Positions 20,342 to 27,929 of a stretch of 37,725 nucleotides of DNA are shown here, piece by piece. Every line of letters begins with the position of its first letter. Position 1 is the first letter of the stretch. The DNA is from Campylobacterota bacterium (GTDB lineage: Bacteria > Campylobacterota > Campylobacteria > Campylobacterales > Sulfurimonadaceae). The notes beneath the pieces were generated by a model, which worked only from the letters and a program-made list of their open reading frames with translations, was not told the origin of the DNA and searched no databases. The position numbers and the translations under genes were made by a program. The stretch lies in the NCBI GenBank assembly GCA_039715155.1, contig JBDLHW010000001.1, positions 1 through 37,725 on the forward strand, in the 5' to 3' direction.

Positions 20342-20573
20342 TTAAAATATCCTCAAATACTGGAAATTCTGATTTCTCTGTTAGGTTTATTTCATACCCT
20401 AGGTAATCAACAATCTGTAGCACTTTTTTTAGTCCTATATCCACACTGCTATTATTTTCGAAACTACTTATAGTAGCTCTAGAGATATTTAAATCATCTG
20501 ATAATTGTTGCTGTGAAAGTTTTTTTAATTTTCTTAAATGTGCTATCTGTTTTCCAAGTTCATCAAACTCCAT
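20334..20573 (-). CDS. hipB: HipB-like XRE HTH antitoxin
   Basis: LRKLKKLSQQQLSDDLNISRATISSFE; 8-bp overlap with hipA. Confidence 0.88.
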   Translation of the reverse strand: MEFDELGKQIAHLRKLKKLSQQQLSDDLNISRATISSFENNSSVDIGLKKVLQIVDYLGYEINLTEKSEFPVFEDILNG

Positions 20574-20583
20574 GCAAACACCT

Positions 20584-20645
20584 TTTGTAAAATATATTAG
20601 TCATTATAATATTTAAAATTAAATTTGTCAAATATATTATTCATT
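20584..20645 (-). promoter_or_regulatory. hipBA promoter with two operator-like repeats
   Basis: Minus strand TTGACA(20626-31)-N17-TATAAT(20603-08); 22-bp repeats TTTGT(a/c)AAATATATTA(g/t)TCATT at 20584-605 and 20624-45. Confidence 0.75.
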
Positions 20646-20841
20646 TATAAACATTAGGGGATTAATGAATAATATAAAATGAACGGAGTGGTCAACATAC
20701 AAGAAGTAAAATATCATCAAGTATCGTTAGCAACGGCGTTTATTGTAGGATACTGATAAATAGTATTTTTAATTTTTTTAATATATAAAAAAGAATTCGA
20801 AGAAATTAAATATGCTTGAAGTAACCTGTTTTAGGTAGTAG

Positions 20842-20886
20842 TGGTTGGTCCTATGTGACTCGAACACATGACCACTCCGTTATGAG
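20842..20886 (-). pseudogene. 3' half of tRNA(CAT), second copy
   Basis: 44/45 identical to 16911-16955 (one acceptor-stem change at 20846); 5' half absent. Confidence 0.9.
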
Positions 20887-20977
20887 AGCCCAAAACATCG
20901 CTCAAAATCCCTAAAAACAGGGTTTAAAATTTTACTGCAACCGCAGACAACCGCTTTTAGTAGTAGAATGGTGGCAG
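20880..20977. repeat. att-like repeat copy 3 (core plus arm)
   Basis: TTATGAGAGCC...GGGTTTAAAATTTTACTGCAACCGCAGACAACCGCTTTTAG; 1-bp indel relative to copies 1 and 2. Confidence 0.9.
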
Positions 20978-21160
20978 TGAATTATTCTGATTTTTAATAC
21001 GTTTGAATCCGAAATCAATACCTTCCATCCTTGTCTGTATTCCTTTATTTATTATCAGGCCATAGCCATATATAAAATATACTACCAAGCTGTACTCTGA
21101 ATTGACATTTTTTAAGACACGTTCTACTTCACTATTTTTCAGTAAAACAGATATGTGCTT
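20957..21160 (-). pseudogene. Decayed tyrosine recombinase fragment, integron-integrase (IntI)-like box I region
   Basis: Start-less 67-codon frame KHISVLLKNSEVERVLKNVNSEYSLVVYFIYGYGLIINKGIQTRMEGIDFGFKRI...; matches the IntI/Xer pattern hPVVL...EV..hL......L...hYG.GLR..E...LR..DIDF; catalytic Arg position reads ATA (Ile). Confidence 0.65.
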
Positions 21161-21244
21161 TTATATAAGAGATTTTCGACTATCATAATCTAAATGATGA
21201 ATATTGAAAAGTAAATTCAACTCAATTAATACCTTTTATTCATA

Positions 21245-21409
21245 CTAATGATCCTTATATTCTTCTGTTGAATCAGCCACACTTTTCTTAACAGTTTTCC
21301 AATCTTTTTTTACACCTTGCTTTACATTACTCAAATTATCTCTAAACTCTTTTTTTGAACATCCACTCATCATTAAAAGTGCTAATAACGATATAAAAAC
21401 GAATTTCAT
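21245..21409 (-). CDS. Small lipoprotein (54 aa), below the ORF-track cutoff
   Basis: GGAG RBS; MKFVFISLLALLMMSGC-SKKEFRDNLSNVKQGVKKDWKTVKKSVADSTEEYKDH*. Confidence 0.75.
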   Translation of the reverse strand: MKFVFISLLALLMMSGCSKKEFRDNLSNVKQGVKKDWKTVKKSVADSTEEYKDH

Positions 21410-21434
21410 AAATTATCTCCTGTATAAATATTTT

Positions 21435-22622
21435 TTAAAATAAAACTTTTTTACCCATAGCAGAGTAATTAATTTTATCTGTATAGACAACTTTAAACGG
21501 TACAGTTAACACACCATAATACTCATTAATTTTTGCCTTTATCTCTTTGTTGCTTATCTCTCTATTTGCTTCTAATGTGATCTTTATTTGTTCACTTCTA
21601 AGTAACTCTTTTTTATAAACTAGTTCAACTACAGCTGCATTTACATCATCCAAACTTTCTAAAATACTTTCTACTTGAGAAGCAGATATTCTTTTACCTG
21701 CAATTTTTATGATTTTATTGCTTCTGCCAAGAAGAATAAATCCACTCTCTTGTATATCAACTATATCCTCCGTTGTAAAAGGCTGGCTAAGAGAGCGTAT
21801 CTTATCATTTAAAATATACGGAGAGATAAATGGGGATTCAATACTTAACTTATCATCATGTGAAAACACTTTCACACTGCTAAGAGGTGTCCATACATCA
21901 GCATCAGAAAACTTATACGCTATGCCACCTGTTTCAGTTGAACCGAATAGTTGAAGTAAGTCTACCTGGTACATACTCTCAAATGCACTCACATCATCAT
22001 GATTCAGAGGGCCTGTTGAGCATATAAAAACATTGCCTGAAAGATCCTTTTCCTCACTAAGTTTTGCTAGGGACTTTATGAAAACAGGTGTAGTAATGAC
22101 AAGTGTATTTTTATGCGAAGCTTCTTCTAAAAGTTCATAAGGCAAATAATCCTCTTTCACTATTAGTTTTACATCATTGAGAGAGAGAGGTAACATAAGT
22201 CCAGCCAAAACACCATATATATGAACAAAAGGAACTGTAGCAACTACCCTTTTAATGTTATACTTTGAGAGCAATTCTTTTAGAACCTCTACCTCTTTTA
22301 AAAGATTCTCTCTTGTTTTAAATGCACCAACTGGAAAACCACTGCTGCCTGATGTAAATAAAAGTAGTTGAGACTTTAAATCTGCCTCTTTAAATCTATC
22401 AAACCTGCTTATGTCATTATCTTGATGGAACTGAGCTAACTGTTTATGGTTAGAATCAAAAAGAACTATTTTTTGTCCACTGTAAAATGCCGGTAAAAAC
22501 ACTTTTATAAACTCAAGTTTGTTACTAGAACTAATATTAATCCATCTGCTTGTAGTATTAACATCCAAATCTAACTCTATGAGCTCTTTTGTATTATCAG
22601 AATGAATATATTTTAAAATCAT
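21435..22622 (-). CDS. AMP-binding acyl-ACP/CoA ligase (ApeH-like)
   Basis: FTSGSSGFP, TVPFVHIYG, FGSTETGGIA, GR...IKIAGKR. Confidence 0.85.
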   Translation of the reverse strand: MILKYIHSDNTKELIELDLDVNTTSRWINISSSNKLEFIKVFLPAFYSGQKIVLFDSNHKQLAQFHQDNDISRFDRFKEADLKSQLLLFTSGSSGFPVGAFKTRENLLKEVEVLKELLSKYNIKRVVATVPFVHIYGVLAGLMLPLSLNDVKLIVKEDYLPYELLEEASHKNTLVITTPVFIKSLAKLSEEKDLSGNVFICSTGPLNHDDVSAFESMYQVDLLQLFGSTETGGIAYKFSDADVWTPLSSVKVFSHDDKLSIESPFISPYILNDKIRSLSQPFTTEDIVDIQESGFILLGRSNKIIKIAGKRISASQVESILESLDDVNAAVVELVYKKELLRSEQIKITLEANREISNKEIKAKINEYYGVLTVPFKVVYTDKINYSAMGKKVLF

Positions 22623-24730
22623 CTCATTACCTTTATAAGAACAAAAATGGCTCCAATACCCAAGCTAATAACCAATCCAATAGAGTTTAGAGCCGTGATT
22701 GAGCTAAATACCAGCACACCAAAAGCGGCAAATGTACTGAACAATGAATATTTAATAGCTAACATAGTGGTTGTTAGTCTGTTAGAATTACTCATATAAA
22801 TTCCGTAATCTATACCTATCGCTATTAGAATTATCAAAGAGAAAATATGCATAATGTTTATTTCATAGAAGGTAGCCAAAAATGCTAAAACCAAACTCAC
22901 TGGAAAGAGTATAAAGTTGAGAGCAAAAAAGAACCTTTTCTTAACACTAAAGGCAATTAGAAGTACAATCACGGATATAACCACTATGGAGTAAACAAAT
23001 ACGTCAGCGAACATTTTATCAGAGACTTTTTTAAACATCTCCTTTACATCTATCGGAGTTACAAAATCAAACCTTGAGGTAGTTTTTATATCTTTTACAA
23101 ACGCCATTGCATAGTAGATATTATCTTTTGAAATTGAAGATAGACTATACCCTTTAAAAACATCTAAATCAATTTTATCACAGGGTGGAAGTTTAGATAT
23201 AAAATCGTAGGAAGTTTTAAAATAACCACTTTTAAATCCTATTTTTTCTGCCTCTTCATTTACAATTCTTGACAATCTCTCAAAGTCATAACGTTTCAAT
23301 ATTTCTTTTTTATTTTGACACTCTTTTTTATTTGGTACAAAAGAAGCAAGAGAGTATGTTTTGCTATCATCTTTATGAAGTAGATGAAGATTAGCTATAA
23401 GTTCATCTTCATTTTTACCTTCAACTACAACTGGAGTATATTTCAACTTAGCAGAACTTTTAAAAAGTTTTTCGAGCTCTTGAAGCTTCTTATTTTGATA
23501 ATCCAGATTTCTTATATTGTTGTCAAACTCTATATTTATTGATGTGTAAATCAAAAGCATAATAGATACTGATAAAAATATATAGACCGGTACTTTATTA
23601 AAAGTGAACTCTTTTTTTACATTTTCTTTGTACACGCCTAAATTCAAATATGGAAATACAAATGTAAATACAAAATAAGCAAACGATAACGACATTGCAG
23701 TAAAGAAACTAATCTGAGCTATTAAAGGAACAGGAATAAAAGAAAAAATTGCAAACGCTACTGTTGTCGTAAGGTATCCATAAAGTACGCTTTTATCAAT
23801 TCTATCTCTATTTTGATAGAAATTATGAAAGTAATAGTGAAACAGATAATCTATACTCACAGCAGTTACACTCATACCAAAGACAAGTGACATCACATGA
23901 AAATTCTCATATACTAAAACACTTCCCAAAAGAGCAAAAAGCATTGATGCCAAAAGCGTTACAACTGCGTTAGAGAGTAGTCTAATATTTCTTATTAAGA
24001 GTACATACATAACAATAAGAAGGATAGTGGACAGTGTAACAATAAGAGTAACATCCTCTTTTATTTTAGTTGAGTTCTCAACGGTGTAGAAGAATCCTGC
24101 AAACACGATAACATTGCTATATAAAGCAGTTAGTTTCTTCACGTCTTTATATAATCTTTTTGCCTCACTCATCTGAGAAGGGGCTACATCTGTCTTGACT
24201 CGGATCAGGTATCCGTAATCACCAAGAGTCATATAGTCACCACGGCTTGTTATATTTGATTTTTTTTTGCTCTTTAAGGAGAATAGTTTTAACGGATCAT
24301 TTTTATTGATAGGCGTATAAAAGAAGCTCTCCATCTGATAATCATAAAGTACTTGAAGCTTCGCATTTATCTCATCTCTACTCTGCTTAGTATCATTAAA
24401 GTCAGCTAAAACTGTATAGTACTTTTTATAATATTCTTGTATCCCAGACGATGGGATAATTTTTGATTCTACAAGCTCAATACCTTTTATATTTTTTAGC
24501 TTTTCTGACAATTCATCAATAACTTTTTTTGAAGAGTTGTCAAAACCTTTAACAGCTATCATCATCTCTTTTGTATAGCCTAACTCTGAAGCTATGTTAA
24601 GTTTTTCAACCGATTCTTTTGATGCAAAAAGGGAAAGTAAATTTGTAGAGATATGAATTTGTTCTTTAAAGATAAGAGCAAACGTCACTATCACAAACAG
24701 TATTATATAATTAGCGTATTTCATCTTCAA
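22619..24730 (-). CDS. MMPL/RND-family exporter (aryl-polyene cluster type)
   Basis: Two TM bundles with VSIDY and IGIDYG motifs plus large soluble loops. Confidence 0.85.
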   Translation of the reverse strand: MKMKYANYIILFVIVTFALIFKEQIHISTNLLSLFASKESVEKLNIASELGYTKEMMIAVKGFDNSSKKVIDELSEKLKNIKGIELVESKIIPSSGIQEYYKKYYTVLADFNDTKQSRDEINAKLQVLYDYQMESFFYTPINKNDPLKLFSLKSKKKSNITSRGDYMTLGDYGYLIRVKTDVAPSQMSEAKRLYKDVKKLTALYSNVIVFAGFFYTVENSTKIKEDVTLIVTLSTILLIVMYVLLIRNIRLLSNAVVTLLASMLFALLGSVLVYENFHVMSLVFGMSVTAVSIDYLFHYYFHNFYQNRDRIDKSVLYGYLTTTVAFAIFSFIPVPLIAQISFFTAMSLSFAYFVFTFVFPYLNLGVYKENVKKEFTFNKVPVYIFLSVSIMLLIYTSINIEFDNNIRNLDYQNKKLQELEKLFKSSAKLKYTPVVVEGKNEDELIANLHLLHKDDSKTYSLASFVPNKKECQNKKEILKRYDFERLSRIVNEEAEKIGFKSGYFKTSYDFISKLPPCDKIDLDVFKGYSLSSISKDNIYYAMAFVKDIKTTSRFDFVTPIDVKEMFKKVSDKMFADVFVYSIVVISVIVLLIAFSVKKRFFFALNFILFPVSLVLAFLATFYEINIMHIFSLIILIAIGIDYGIYMSNSNRLTTTMLAIKYSLFSTFAAFGVLVFSSITALNSIGLVISLGIGAIFVLIKVMR

Positions 24731-25202
24731 TACTTATAGTTATATAGTCGCTGTTTTTTAAAAAAAGGCTCACCTCTTTTAACTCTTTATTTAATTTCTT
24801 TAACTCTATTTTTTGAACAAAATTACCTATATATCCTTTTGGAATAAGCATACTTTTATCTTCAAATCTCTGCATATCAAACTTATCATTCAATGCGCTC
24901 TCGTCACCGCTGTGAAGTAAAAGAAGTATCTCAAAAAACTGTGATACTCTTTGCAGTTCAGCCTCTTCAAGTTCAACTGTTCTGTCATTTTCTTTTAATG
25001 TAAGTACAGAATCTTTGTACAGAATCGACCTCTCACTATCGTTGTATTTAATATGTAAAGAATTTTTTTCAAAAGTTATTTCACCTTTTAACTTTATAGA
25101 GCGTTCAAGTGCATCACTGTATCTGACTTCACTAAAGTTAAAGCTGTCTGAGAGAAGTGAACTTATAAATAAGAACATTAAAAATAATATACGTAAAATC
25201 AT
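24711..25202 (-). CDS. LolA-like periplasmic carrier protein
   Basis: Signal peptide; F.E.RY...L....KG.I.F pattern; adjacent to MMPL as in APE clusters. Confidence 0.7.
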   Translation of the reverse strand: MILRILFLMFLFISSLLSDSFNFSEVRYSDALERSIKLKGEITFEKNSLHIKYNDSERSILYKDSVLTLKENDRTVELEEAELQRVSQFFEILLLLHSGDESALNDKFDMQRFEDKSMLIPKGYIGNFVQKIELKKLNKELKEVSLFLKNSDYITISIEDEIR

Positions 25203-25643
25203 CTAACCTACGAACCTTTTCATAACATATATTTTTCCATAGACTATCTGAATTATCAATGCTCCAAAGATATAAAAATACCAACCGATGGAACTATAAA
25301 AAGCCCATATAAAGTCACTACAAAATAAGCTTGTAAAAATCTGTATCAATGTATTTAAAAAAGTAACTACAACCCAATATCCATCACCATTAGAGAGATA
25401 ACTCAGCTCTGCAACACTCAGTTGTTTATGATAAAACTTTTTAGTAAACCGTAGAATAAGATTTTTTTTATTTATATATGAATTTAAAAAGAAAAAGAAG
25501 AATATAGACGATATGAGAGCGGGAACTAATCTCAAAAAAAGATAAGTTAAAGATTCACTATTTATATCAAACTGTTTTATCACAAGTAATATCAAAGGAG
25601 CTAAAGCTAAGGATAAGATCGTAGTTATTTTAGATTTACTCAT
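25203..25643 (-). CDS. Membrane protein (COG4648/ApeG-like)
   Basis: Four hydrophobic segments; W....F.N and WAFYS.IGWY motifs; cluster context. Confidence 0.6.
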   Translation of the reverse strand: MSKSKITTILSLALAPLILLVIKQFDINSESLTYLFLRLVPALISSIFFFFFLNSYINKKNLILRFTKKFYHKQLSVAELSYLSNGDGYWVVVTFLNTLIQIFTSLFCSDFIWAFYSSIGWYFYIFGALIIQIVYGKIYVMKRFVG

Positions 25644-25645
25644 AA

Positions 25646-26512
25646 CTATATTCTAGGCTCTTTTTCCCAAAAATCATAAAAATTCAACCACTGATTCGGG
25701 TATCTTTTAATTACATCCTCGTACATCTTTACATATTTCTCTAAAGCCTCTCTTATGGCTTGATCTTCACTCTTATATATATCTACATCAATCCTCATAT
25801 ACTCAAACTTATACTTCTGTATATCAAGATAAATAACGAAATAAACCAAGATCGGTTTATTCATCTTATAAGCTATTTGGAAAGGATTTTTGTTAAAGTT
25901 TGCCTCTTCACCTAAAAACTGTGTAGATATCGTTGCTTTAACATTTGAAGCTCTATCACCCATAATAGCTACAACTTCATTATTCATAAATGCATTTGCT
26001 ATCTGTATAGATACACTCAAGGTACCACTATTTAGATCTATCACGCTGATGTTTGTTTTTACATCCAGGGATTCTTCTATCTCCTTTATAGAATCCATTA
26101 GAGCCTCTTGCATCACTATATGAATTTTATTGGTAGTACGGGATACATTCGATGATGATGCCCATCCGCCAAAATGAGACTGTAAAAGTATCGTAGAGTT
26201 AGAAAAAATATTAATCGGCGTGTCACCATCATCATAAAGATATGTATAACTTTTTGGATCAACCTTTGTAATAAACCTATCTACCATCATAAGAGCAAAG
26301 ATTCTAAGATGCTCATAATAACGCTTTGGAGTTAATTTTATATTTAAATGTTTATAGTAAACTCTAAGAGAATCTTTTACATTACCTGCGAATAAAAAAT
26401 AAAAAAAAGTAACCGGATACATAAGGTAATAAATAAACTTATAACCAAAAAGTTTATAAAGATTAAATACGAGTTTTATACTCCATCCACTTCCTCTTTG
26501 TTTCGTTTTCAA
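25646..26512 (-). CDS. Lysophospholipid/lipid A-type acyltransferase (LPLAT)
   Basis: QRGS N-terminus, SHFGGW, IMGDR, FLG, YPNQWLNFYDFW. Confidence 0.85.
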   Translation of the reverse strand: MKTKQRGSGWSIKLVFNLYKLFGYKFIYYLMYPVTFFYFLFAGNVKDSLRVYYKHLNIKLTPKRYYEHLRIFALMMVDRFITKVDPKSYTYLYDDGDTPINIFSNSTILLQSHFGGWASSSNVSRTTNKIHIVMQEALMDSIKEIEESLDVKTNISVIDLNSGTLSVSIQIANAFMNNEVVAIMGDRASNVKATISTQFLGEEANFNKNPFQIAYKMNKPILVYFVIYLDIQKYKFEYMRIDVDIYKSEDQAIREALEKYVKMYEDVIKRYPNQWLNFYDFWEKEPRI

Positions 26513-27235
26513 TTACTTTCTCTTTCTTCCAAAAATTTTATCAAATATAAAACCAGGCCATTTAAATGGAAGTATCTGAACATGTACCCACACTATTGCC
26601 ACAGTGTCACCAAACTTTTTAAAATGGCTTACTCGCTCCTCAGGTGTAGGATAATAACACTCTATCATCACTTCACTAATTAAAAAACCAGCATCAGCAT
26701 GACGCACTAACACCTCCATCTCCCAATCAAATCTTGATGTCTTAATGGGTAAATCAAGTATACTGACAGGGTAGATTCTAAATCCTGATAGTGAATCTGT
26801 AATCTCAAAACCGGTGTCCCAACAAGCCCAGAAGTTACTAAACCATCTACCAAACTTCGAACCGTTTGGAACGTGTTCAAGATCAAAATTTCTGGCACCG
26901 ATTAAAATCTCACCATCTTTGTAAATATCTGTAAGTTTGTGTATCTCAGAAGCCAGGTGCTGACCATCTCCATCTATACTAACAGCATGTGAATAACCCA
27001 GTTCTTTTGCTTTACGAATTCCACTTACTATAGCTTCACCCTTACCGCTGTTAACTTCATGTCTTATAAAATGGGTATGTTCTCTCTCATCATCTTTAAA
27101 AAGACTTTCAATAATATCATCTGAACCATCGTCGACAATTATTAGTTCATATCCATTTTTCACTACATCTAATGCTACATTTTTTATAGTTTTTGGATTA
27201 TTGTATGTTGGAATAATTACAGCTGTTTGTCTCAT
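26513..27235 (-). CDS. Glycosyltransferase family 2
   Basis: IIPTYNN, VDDGSDD, N.GKG.A, DGDGQH, DSLSGFRIYP, RVSHF. Confidence 0.92.
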   Translation of the reverse strand: MRQTAVIIPTYNNPKTIKNVALDVVKNGYELIIVDDGSDDIIESLFKDDEREHTHFIRHEVNSGKGEAIVSGIRKAKELGYSHAVSIDGDGQHLASEIHKLTDIYKDGEILIGARNFDLEHVPNGSKFGRWFSNFWACWDTGFEITDSLSGFRIYPVSILDLPIKTSRFDWEMEVLVRHADAGFLISEVMIECYYPTPEERVSHFKKFGDTVAIVWVHVQILPFKWPGFIFDKIFGRKRK

Positions 27236-27236
27236 A

Positions 27237-27929
27237 TTATCTCACCATTCCACCGCTGACATTTAACACTTCACCAGTAACATATGAAGCTTTATCTGCT
27301 AAAAACAAAACACATTCTGCCACATCTTCAGGTTTTCCTATACGTCTTAATGGAATCCCTTTTTTCATCTCTTTTAGGTTTAACTCCTGAGTCATCTCAG
27401 ATTCTATCAGACCAGGGGCTACTGCATTTACACGTATTTTGTATCTTGCAACTTCAGCACTTAAAGCTTTTGTAAAAGCTATCATGGCACCTTTTGCAGC
27501 AGAGTAGTTTGTCTGGCCGGAATTTCCTACAATCCCGGAAACTGAGGCTACATTTACAACTGAGCCTTTTTTATTTGAGATCATGTTTTTAATAAGAGCT
27601 TTGGTAACGTAATATGTACCGTTTACAGAGGTGTCTATAACATCACCCCACTCCTCATCACTCATCCAAAAGAAAAGGTTATCTTTAGTGATTCCTGCAT
27701 TATTTACAAGTACATCTAGCTCTAAATTTTCTAAAGCCGAATAAACTTCATCTTTTTTAGAGATATCAAACTGTATAGTCTCCGAGTTTTCAAGTTCTAC
27801 ATTAAGTTTTTTTGCTTTTTCCTCACCGCTTCTATAGTGAAGATACACAAAATAACCCGCGTTATGAAAAGAGCGTGCACAAGCTTCACCTATTGCTCCG
27901 GTTGAACCTGTAATTAAGACTTTGTTCAC
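27237..27929 (-). CDS. fabG: 3-oxoacyl-ACP reductase (cluster-associated)
   Basis: TGSTGAIG, NNAGITKD, GQTNYSAAK, VNAVAPG. Confidence 0.9.
   Translation of the reverse strand: MNKVLITGSTGAIGEACARSFHNAGYFVYLHYRSGEEKAKKLNVELENSETIQFDISKKDEVYSALENLELDVLVNNAGITKDNLFFWMSDEEWGDVIDTSVNGTYYVTKALIKNMISNKKGSVVNVASVSGIVGNSGQTNYSAAKGAMIAFTKALSAEVARYKIRVNAVAPGLIESEMTQELNLKEMKKGIPLRRIGKPEDVAECVLFLADKASYVTGEVLNVSGGMVR

Larger units (their letters stand above)
19071..20886 (-). mobile_element. Integrase-less cassette B (hipBA) bounded by TTATGAG core direct repeats
   Basis: Core repeats at 19071-77 and 20880-86 (1809 bp apart); carries a tRNA 3' half at its right end. Confidence 0.65.

Noticed and set aside
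16949-20977. Canonical integron attC sites or a CRISPR array
   Set aside because: No clear RYYYAAC...GTTRRRY long imperfect palindrome spans the repeats. Spacing is ~2 kb with genes between, and no cas genes are present.
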